A DNA stretch of 64,000 bases from a virus: positions 1 through 64,000 of the IMG/VR virus record IMGVR_UViG_3300031603_000003. The stretch is one strand, 5' to 3'. Below the pieces are notes generated by a model. It saw only the letters and a program-made list of their open reading frames with translations, searched no databases and was not told the origin of the DNA. Shown one piece after another: positions 49,501 to 57,700 of the stretch; positions within the stretch are counted from its first letter, which is position 1; each line of letters begins with the position of its first letter. A program made the translations under genes and the position numbers.

Positions 49501-51793
49501 AAGCGTTAGGTTTAGCTAATAGGGCCGTCTTGCCCTTTGGCATGAACGTGACTCTGTCCTCAAAGAGGTTGATAGTTGTTTGCCCACCCTGCCATATCTC
49601 AGAACTAGGATGTCGAGCTACCTGCTGCAGTCCAGCGGACTGAGAGGCCATGGAGTGAGAGAACTCCATATCAAATGCAATTCCTATTCCACCTGTATCT
49701 AGTAATTCTAAACCACGTTTACCTTCTAACACTTTTACATAGTCGTTGTATGAGGCTGCGTTTCTACGAAAGTCCATCTCTTGCGACTGTACGGTCAAAG
49801 CTGTACGGAAATCAGCTCCAGTAAGTTCAGCCGGTGACAGCTTAGTTGAGTCCTTACGTGCTAATCTGTTCCATAGTCCCTCCGTACGGTCAGGGTTAGT
49901 AAACGTTTCAATGAAATCATTTAATGCTTTTTCCGCTGTACGCTCGATAGAATCCATACGGCCGGCTGTATAATCCACGAGACCATCTAGATCTGGATTG
50001 AACCCGCTAGCTCTATTCAATACTGTGCGCTGGTACAGTGTTGAAACCTGTGCTTGTCCGCCAAGAGTAGGAGTCACGACGCCACGTACGTTTATAGGTA
50101 CTAGTACACTAGCGTTTAACCCACCACTAATGTAGCTTAGTTTTAAGTGTTGTTGTGTTATTCCTGCGTTATCAAACGTATAACCTTCTACTTTGAATTG
50201 CAGTTTCTCTAGCAAATCAGTTAATACTTTTAGCTTCTTCTGATCTGCGCCGGCACCAAGTACGGCTCTATTCTTGGCGTCAGCCTTAGCTCTTAGTACA
50301 ACCTGCTTTATATTATCTAGTTGTTTACCAAGACGTTCAGCTACGACACCTGGATTATGAAACTTATCATATACAGCACCTTGCCCTAAGACCCTGTACA
50401 TATCTTTGTGCAGTCTCGTGCGCAAACGTTCTAGATGATTGGGGTTTCCATTAGCTAAGTCTAACCAGTTACGTATATCTCCAGATGATCCTAGAGTGAA
50501 CGCCTGCGGTTTACCGAACTTTACCTGTGGATTCACTACCTTGGTGAAGGTATCGACTAGCCTTTCTTTGTTAGCTTGGTTAAGTTTCTGCGCTGTCTTC
50601 TTGAGAACCTTCACAACCTGTGAAGACGGAGCCTGCGATGCTTGCATCTCGGAGAATCTAGTCTCCAGTGCGACCGCGTTTTGCCGGATATCATCCATCG
50701 TAACGAACCCAGCTTCTAATGTAGCGATAGGTTGTCGACCATACACTTCGGAGTACGCGTTAGCGAAAGCGATTAGCTTACTATACTGTGCCATTTCTCC
50801 GGGAGTTTCGGCAGCCTTGTATAGATCTACAGCTAGTAGTTCAGCTACGCCACGTACGGATGATTGTGTAGTTTTGTTAGTGGACATGCCATCTACGAGT
50901 ATCTTCCGTGTTTGCATGTACTGTTCTTTACGAAATGCACTAAGCTTATCGGCTGCCTCAGACTCTACGGTCTCAATTACCTGTCCAGGTAATTTACCAG
51001 CATCGATATGTTTCTTAAGTTCCATGACCATGATGGCATTTTGTAATGCCTCATCACTGGCGGTTCTGAAATTGTATACTACGTTACCGTAGCTCTTATC
51101 CTTTAGTACTAAAGCTAAGCCTGCCTTTAACCTAGCGTTATATCTCTTATTTTGTGCAGTATTTGGGGTAAACAACTCATCTTGTATAGCCAAGGTGGTA
51201 TGTTCGTCCATGACGTGCTCGCCGCCTAGAACTTGTGTTGCTAGATTATTGGGTAAATCACCAATAATACCCTGTAATTTCATCAACTTAGCAGAGCTTT
51301 TAAACAGTATTTCATTAGCATCATTATTAACTAACGGATGCGCGCTGTTCACTCCGTAAACATTAGCCCAATAGCTGGAGATTGGATTAGCTAGTGTGTG
51401 TGCATCGCGTTTACTGATCTGTTCTACGAACTCACCAGCTGCGTTGCGTTTCTTACCGAACTTTCGTATATTCTTTTCTTGTTCTCGTGCTCGTTTATAC
51501 CCAGCAATCATCATTGCCGTGTTGGATCCATCTGCCTTAACATACGCGGCGTTAGTCTGGATACCAGCGTTTGCGAAGATTTGATCGGCGGGACGATCTC
51601 CTGCTTTTAATACTTCCGGTACATCTATGATACGACTTAATATATCGTGTACGGCTGACTTAAATGATCCAGGTTCCTGGGCCGCCCACGCTTGGTGAAT
51701 AGCTCTAGAGCCTTTGACTATACCAAGAATAGCTGGGAGCGCTAACGCCGCCGACAGTAGTACATCTTTAGTCTCTTTTTGCTTATTAGCCAC
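43535..51793 (-). CDS. Giant virion protein: DEDDh exonuclease domain plus putative single-chain two-barrel RNA polymerase
   Basis: Exo motifs 'IAFDMEF' (D708), 'AHTQADIP' (D843), 'HLAQFD' (H976/D981); RNAP-like 'FESGLVVTDEL' (aa 1206), 'GTKAFYGDKTAK' (aa 1393), 'RNP' (R2142), 'RADQDGD' (D2192); AAGGAG RBS; hydrophobic helices at both termini. Confidence 0.72.
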   Translation of the reverse strand: MANKQKETKDVLLSAALALPAILGIVKGSRAIHQAWAAQEPGSFKSAVHDILSRIIDVPEVLKAGDRPADQIFANAGIQTNAAYVKADGSNTAMMIAGYKRAREQEKNIRKFGKKRNAAGEFVEQISKRDAHTLANPISSYWANVYGVNSAHPLVNNDANEILFKSSAKLMKLQGIIGDLPNNLATQVLGGEHVMDEHTTLAIQDELFTPNTAQNKRYNARLKAGLALVLKDKSYGNVVYNFRTASDEALQNAIMVMELKKHIDAGKLPGQVIETVESEAADKLSAFRKEQYMQTRKILVDGMSTNKTTQSSVRGVAELLAVDLYKAAETPGEMAQYSKLIAFANAYSEVYGRQPIATLEAGFVTMDDIRQNAVALETRFSEMQASQAPSSQVVKVLKKTAQKLNQANKERLVDTFTKVVNPQVKFGKPQAFTLGSSGDIRNWLDLANGNPNHLERLRTRLHKDMYRVLGQGAVYDKFHNPGVVAERLGKQLDNIKQVVLRAKADAKNRAVLGAGADQKKLKVLTDLLEKLQFKVEGYTFDNAGITQQHLKLSYISGGLNASVLVPINVRGVVTPTLGGQAQVSTLYQRTVLNRASGFNPDLDGLVDYTAGRMDSIERTAEKALNDFIETFTNPDRTEGLWNRLARKDSTKLSPAELTGADFRTALTVQSQEMDFRRNAASYNDYVKVLEGKRGLELLDTGGIGIAFDMEFSHSMASQSAGLQQVARHPSSEIWQGGQTTINLFEDRVTFMPKGKTALLAKPNAFGMDEVLTQRVKDWVLQQVGDRGEANKIIKALEETTSTPAKMLIQMLDNMSTGINAMSADRGDDLFPVIFIGQAHTQADIPLMERALNSELGLTRKLKTKFKNILSKLFNTDPRSETFSHFNIQSAYHVLKMGQNKAESQTDIFKDIYNVSTDEFSDILQYAQNIANPSTHQNKAGVLRGFDQGRIKDANRILGLIQANDLHLKFDGTATGHLAQFDSMVSVLNYFGIKRLYNDMGSREKRRIREYTEVAANYLQKGGQSAEWHRSLDIAAQNQELFGIYDKWGVNGAPAHSLGLSLMSQPRHSASDLRGTLLSLEGVMPFGLLNNFSREKYQVLSARVLNPNGPMTGIYGHGGVLETEASATIRQYVSAQYSGSFDDTDKFNKFISDRLGTSEKLNYNLMAKGVASSLYGVLDNINSDNKLAHTHQMVVMTLMPESFAPVFESGLVVTDELRQNLSSYKGIKQVKAQFKLNLSSASPAGLAVSAGALPEAELVKVLSGIGKHKAIGNAINRVIADGLLQERLHLHLDGSFTLGLNSQQEGWDLVNNWIKTGKAPGGDIAVRNKDRVFGGMTRSSLGAKADGAVIGSIAADTRYHGQIPGIPQSLHYDADTGYLTVNLAQYVPGGVGTKAFYGDKTAKFSINALMGFGRGLNIDPLYTQAASGIKLGGNRNEIASNIIHQINRIQLKLVLDGSEPDHTKRTLEKAFSTLLGPDVASQVKYVKRKIKTTNAAGNLVDHIIYVPEIPAKIETTVLERVDLHVLENMLEEAGVTWGYVKDKFNKSAKKLWNNDAKVVSQWAAGLTKQKQALGTLLEQATNSGDKLKARHFKRWKSQVGDDTSAALFDIVPVQYGHLSMTSQALRILTSMSVTSDATDFWMMYMRPEQANGLPSLKPKALAMFNTIVMDSIGNRHNDIRSMEDFGYLAGFYAPKLGFNYVNREGKQPVRDAAKTVQLISAYMQGESNRVLKKKITKVGSKALEESLEKLRKASIFDIDFTTQEWAGATPEMKAAGMLAQFGQEFQDTQTGEYIQLAGMAESRISQVRAAFFDSDNLFGALEKNDPAYRGFKLDSVDEMLDKIDMSKFNDEERDAFRKAIKKRIGTENMTLSIKHMGAVKDLAIHGELQSAGSMDKAKFKAFREFIESNADKRGPNIIDEVIFPALTGILRPHDKDGLAIMAGASSKFLEGAEAISAFQTAFHVGIKETAEEDFMREYNRRRELTSEIVDRASLGILGHLFEQSKFRSTASTVSMSHGKIMNSMGILPTLISMQEQLSLGVLEDSKIKLPGWLKKGLGQEFVASKQSELQLSTILNRITGGGSPIDPVTGVVRARGLGVNESFVFGKAGARQLKEAVKTGDLSYQEAYQFFTAEISGKQLRDRNPSHIQGMVLAGGTYIFPEQVGAVYDGGAGFSTRSSVFLDPLAMKFLRADQDGDTAAIINIGGWRDREGKIGIKRTMYQQSHENHTNMLIDWQKIQIERDGGTPYLADIFDEANFATESSPGGTRQLYKLDKAAMGTNPHLFVDPSEALSASFFKKQLEMDSRVDTQLAYMTQKSFTQVIGGFHKKLYAAAYGPNSVMRQLGSLLNEGPQREAASGMFNRMMEEVGLHAKGITSNSVLEALDYLHSPSDLMGGYSNMHVMNLFVAELGQRTGIEKTSSNPVTSLIKMMGHLNTVTWGEDRTSLDASIDYFTKRMGEDRKLTLTYHANRQDLASMNDATLEKAQLRAGKLLESWHTASIAVHKLGSTLVQLQTDANSRGDDTYAAKLGDLMQAVGAADDLANKTKGITVSSLESQISRDQVLRTEMSQMIAPELKRMGLARSSASVFQTLLELEGHVGGALAEEFNSRRIFTEKIKQYTKSVFALDQNSFLRNHGRKVLTVAGLALFFDPNTGNQIVGETIGKGGEQYDTPNMSEVTKGYRNRKSVHLKEQSATLKDKLMDKLKNSPDNAPQLVKGMRVPERPHYEYNNKKRRHTAISSSDYLRRAGSLVR

Positions 51794-54700
51794 GTGTTCT
51801 CCTTGATATCTCGCGAGCAGAGTCTCTCTGGATTTCTACTTCTAGCTTGATACCTTCAGCCCCTGCTGATGGTGTGTCCGTAACTTCGACGGTAAATGTC
51901 ATGCCAGACATAGTTAATTGCTGAGTGATATATCCTTGTATCTCTGGTATATCTATATCTACTGAGCTTTGCCCTGAAGAAGGTGCATGTATATCTAATG
52001 CCCTGGACTTTAACAGACTTTGTTCAGCGGCTTTAACCTGGTCACGCCAACCTAACCCAAAGTCATGAGAATCAAGGCCGGCTGATTCCACCGTCTTCAT
52101 TTCAAAGAAGTCCATGTTAGCGGACGGTTGCATTATTGGATCAGTAGCTAATGGGCGTTGATGTGTTTCGAAGTATTGAGTAGCATCGAAGGCACTGTCT
52201 CTGCTCTCGTTCCAGGTCTTGGATAGTACGCGCGCCATGCTGGCATCAACCTTGCGTAAGATCTGTTGTCGTCTTTCCGGATCACGTTCGTTCATGAACG
52301 CTGTAAAGAATGGTCTATCCCAGTACGGGATGGCGGAGAAGGTAACTCCTAGATCTAATTGTGCACGATATGATGTGTCACCGGCGGTATCCTGACCACC
52401 CCACGGTGAGTGGTGCCCGTAGTTAGGTGTGCCCTGCATATTGTACGCTTGATACGCGTAGCGGTTAGTTTGATTCATCTCTTCCGGGTTCTGGGCGAAC
52501 GCACCAAAGCCAACAGCAGTCTGGCTCATTTGTCTCAAGTACCTACTATCTTTCGTGAGGTCATACATCCGTGAAGCTTTGTCGTACTTAACGACATCGA
52601 AGTATTCAGAGTATTCACTGAGTTCTTCGAAGTGGTCAGGTTTGTATTCTGTACCGGTGATAGTTCTAGCGAGTCCGTGCGCTGTACCGTATGCAGCACC
52701 TACGGCTGCTCCAACAGTGGCACCGAATGGTCCACCGACTAGTGCTCCACCAGCTCCCCAACTCAGAGCTCCCTGTACGGGCCCGGTAGCTGATAGCGCT
52801 CCGCGTGTCCATGGCTTGATGAATGATTCAACTGGGTTTCCCCATCCTTGAAAGCCTTTACCTAATACCACTTCGTTATCGTACATTTCCTCTGGTGAAT
52901 ACACACCGAAAAACTTCGTATGTAACGGAGTACGATAACTCATGAGCTTTTCCCAAACAGCACCAACGGCCCGTTCGGTTAATGAATATTCAGCTGCAGC
53001 TCTGATGTTCTCATTCAAGTTGTACGAGGTGTATTCAGCACTGGGTGCAATCCAATCTGTACCTTGGAATCGTTTGTCATACATTTCATACTTGTTAACT
53101 ACACCTTTAGCATGTCTCTTTAACATGTCTAATCTATTGACCTGGCTATCAGTGAGCATACCGCGTTCTGCTTGTTCTTCGACGATTTGTCCTATTTCAC
53201 GAAACTCTTTACTGAATGGGGATGTATTAAGTAATACTTCGAAGCGATCAGTGTAACTATAACCACCGGCAGCTTGACCGTATCCTTCTTCTAGATAACC
53301 GGCCGCCATACCGCGCGCTTGGTTAAGCGTGTTGATAGAGTCGTCCCACATGTCCGCGTTGTATCGGGTGAAAAACGACTTAACCTGTGAAGGATCATCT
53401 CGATTGACGTAGATTATCTTACCTGACTGTGCACCCATGATGTGCATATAAGCATTCAACTGCACAACATTTGCTCGTTTTGGTGCACGGAGTTTACTAA
53501 AACCTGCGGCGCTGATAGATTTGATTTCACCAGGTGAGCCGACTTTGTCCACTGTAGGAAAAACTAAATCAACATAGGATGATAATCTGTTCTCTGGGTC
53601 AGTGATTAATGCTTCTGTCTTGATTGCGCGGTTCTCTGCTTTCAATGCGGTCTGCACCATACGATGAATAGCAGTACCACCCTCCATAATCTCAATGGCA
53701 TCCTCATCGAATTGGTTTAATCCTAAGAACCCCATAGCCTGATCAAATGCGCTGGAACCTAATCTCGAGATACCGGACGGGAAATCAATGGTTGTTTCGT
53801 GTGTAGCTTCGTAGCCAGATCCTGGAAGAATATATTCCCCTAAAGGACGTTTGGTATTGTGTGTACAAACACAGCCCACACAGAAACTATCATCGGTATC
53901 TACTTCGAATCCGTATACGAGACCATCGTAACGTTCTCTCTTGATCCATTCGATACCTAGACTCATATATTGTTTGTTACCGATTACGCGCAATATAGTG
54001 GAAGGTAATTCATTACCTGTAATCTGTCCTCTATCGTATACACGTTCGCCTGTTAATATATGGTGTAACGTAACTGCTGATTTACCATATACTTGCACAG
54101 TGTTGCCTTCGAGAACTCCATGAATATGAAGTTGTGCTAAGTGACTCCAGATCTGATATGCTAAGTTTCGTGTAGGCATTTCAAACGTAAGTTCCATGCC
54201 TCTCATGTTAGTAGTCAGAAACTGTCTAGTGAACTGCAGTAATGCAGGAGTACCCACAGCGTACAATTCATCTGGTATACCGTACGTCTGCATCTGTTCT
54301 AGTAACTCAGCTACAGCGCCGGAGCGGAAGCTATTATCTCTGTTTACTGATACTCCAAAGTATGTATCTACTAGGTGTACAATCTCTCCATGATCTATCG
54401 GGCAGTTGATTAACTTTATATGTTCATCTTCATACTTACCGTACGCCAGTATGATACCTAGTGTAAACGCATACCCACCTGTGACTACACCAGAACGTCT
54501 AGTAGACATTTCTGTGTGCACAGCTGGCGCTGTTGTACGTAAGTCACGCAGTGGGTATCTTACTCTATGTTTCTTGGTAAGATTCTCCGCTTTAACATAA
54601 TGTCCATTGTCACTTACTAGGAATGGATGTTCACTAGTAACACGGATTAATGTATCAGTATGTTTTAACTTAATAACATATACGCGTTCCTTGACTGGTC

Positions 54701-57700
54701 TAGGTAGAATAGCGGATACCGGAACGTAACGACCACGTGTGGTACGTACTAGATCTCCCTCCTCTATTTCGTCCGCGCGCTTGAGGCCGCCGAGTACTTC
54801 AATTTCAGTGTCATCGGTAACACAATAAGGGTCACCAGTACGGAATTCCTCAGGTAACCATGTTGGCATCTGATTAGGTATAGGGTTAGCCTGGTTGAAA
54901 GATGTACGTGGTCTAGGATAGAGTCTACGAATACCTTCATTAAGAAATAGTAAATCTCCAAGGTTAGCGTCCCATAATTTACGGGCCGTGGAGTCTATGG
55001 CGCTAGAGCTGGTTAAATATGTTTCATCTACAAATGGCTCGTCACCGCCCCAGAATGCTTGAGAGCTTAGGAACCCAGTTAACCCTGGTGCCTCGATTAA
55101 ACCACGGTACACTGATTCAGATATAATAGCACGTGGGCTAGTAGCTCTGGCAATATATTCATCAGCTACTACTCCCATACCTGGTATAATTCGCGGGGCA
55201 TCAGTGTCGAATCCCCCAAGTACACCTTTGTACTGTGAGAACCCTGCTAACGCTTTACCCTCATGTGCACCTTTGCCTTTACCTGTGACGCCGGCGCCAA
55301 GTTCGGAGCGGGCATCCTCTAGGTGCATTAATGAGTTTGTGCCCATTGGATGTAGGAAGTTATACAATCTACCTGCAGTGGCTCCTAATATAGGACCAAC
55401 CAGTGGTACTTCACTGAACGGTACATCAGGTTCCATATACGGTCTATCGAAATAATGTTTACGTGTTAGGTACTGTGGATCAATCAGATCGCCAATTGAG
55501 AAATCAATTATACTTCTGTCTTTGAATATGAACTCTTCCCATGGTGAACCGTACTGTACCGGTGATGATGATACTTGTGCTTTCATACGGGCATACCAGT
55601 TTGGAAGAACGGCCATGGTGCGTCCACCTTCTATGGGCGTACTTCCCAAAGTCCAACCGGCACCCTTACGTACGGGAACTAATTCTTTACCTGAATAGAT
55701 ATCACGTAATTCATCGTATGACTTAGTCATATCCGTGACGAATGGAGCTGCTAGCGGAATGATAGATAGAAATCCGAGAGGACCTTCAGCCATTGTGGGT
55801 TGCAACCACCGGTTAATTACAGCTCCTGCTAACGCACCGGGTGCGCCTCCAATGGCGAATCCTATAGCTGCGCCTGGTAAGGTGGATGTAGACTTAGGCA
55901 TCAACCCTTCTAAGTACTTGGCACCCGCTGTTACACCTGTAATGTCATAAACTTTTGCAGCTAACAATCTCAAGCGTACGGCTTGATCGGCGACGCCTAC
56001 GGTAATACCCTCATCCAGGGCAGTACCTTCGAACACTGGTAATGTATCAGTAACAGTGTCAGCAAAGTCGTACGTGAGTTCTATTCCAGCCATTAACGCA
56101 GCACGGCGACCCATCAAACCAAGCCAAGAGCTGTGACCTTTGTCGCCTCTTTGTGGTAATATATCTTTATATTTACCACGGTCCCACCCAAGTCCAACCC
56201 AGTCCAGGACTGTACCGAATGTTTCATAAGTGTATGTGGATCCAAACTTAAACCAACCACCTATGGAGTTGTCCACTGCTACGAACTGTGTCTCGGATGT
56301 GAGTTTCTTAATCTCCGATAGCTGGGCTGCACGACCCACGTGCTGATCATTGAACTGTTTAAGTGGATGGATTTGTTTTAGATAGGCAGTCGCTTCGTCG
56401 CTGTGTTGTGCTTCTTGGACTATTTCGATTAGCTTGTTTACTGTAGGACGGTACTCAGACTGTGCCTCGGTATTGGTCTTCATACCCATTAACGGTCCAA
56501 GGTCCTCTGCCTGCAGAAGTTTCTTGTACGTTTTGGAATGTTTAACCATTTGAACTAGGCTTAGTTCTTTATCACTAAAGCGTGAACCGGTTCTGGCTTT
56601 AACTGCAGCTATAGCTCTATCTACAGCTGTAGACCCATCAGGAGTAGAGAAAGAGAGCTCGAAGTTAGTACTTACATCTGCTATGTACCTCAACATCTTT
56701 TGATGTGGACTCTCGCCTCTACCAGACCCTTGAAGGAAACTTTCAGGACTATCTAATAAATGTTCTTTGATGTATGCACTATTGGATACACTAATACTAG
56801 CCTTGCTGACGGGGCTATCACCAGTCTGGGCCATTAAATACTTTACTACCTTACGAGACTTTACTACATCATCTTGTATCTCAGCGAGGAAATCTTCCGT
56901 AGAGAGTTTAGTACGGTTACCGCGTATAGCGCTGCGTATGTCTACGTTTGGTATGTTATCTAATAGTAATGATCCATGTCCGGTAGTTAACAGTGTTGAA
57001 TATATAGAATCACTACCAAGGAATACCTTGTCGTACGCTTCTTTCTCAATACCAGCGAACATAGTACCAGCACCTGCTAACTCAACCATTAGTTGCTTGC
57101 CCATGAGCGGTGATATCTTAGCCTTACTATCGAATTTTGCTATGTTACTCTTTATCTTATCTAGCATGTAGTGGGGCTTAGTAGGATCATTTGGCATTAG
57201 TGCGGAAGATACCATCTCGAAGATAGAAGCGTTAGCACCTTGGCTAGCTCCGAGGTCGAACTTCTGATGCAACCATTGTCGGAAAGGACTTGTTTTGTCC
57301 ATTCTGTCTGGATCTCTTGGTGGAAGGAACCCTGCAGATTGGTAAACTATCTTTCCACCCTTCTTTGACAGTGCAGATGCGAAAGGCCGTATGTTGTTAG
57401 CGAGCTCAACGGTATTCTGCATAGCTAGATCTGGACCAAACAGTGTGTAAGAACGCTTACCTGGAGTTCGAATTAGTACGCCAGGTAGGTTACCTTTACC
57501 TCCAGCTTGTCCACTAAACTTAAATGCTTGGCGTGGGCTGTCCGCGTTCATCAAGTACGCACCAGACTTTAAGCCCTCGTCCGTTACGTTTGCACCAGTC
57601 ATACCAGATATGGGTAATGTATTATGTATAGGTATGAACATTGGTAGATCTTGACCTAGCAATCCGCGTATTGGGTATAATGTATCAAGAGCAGGACCTA

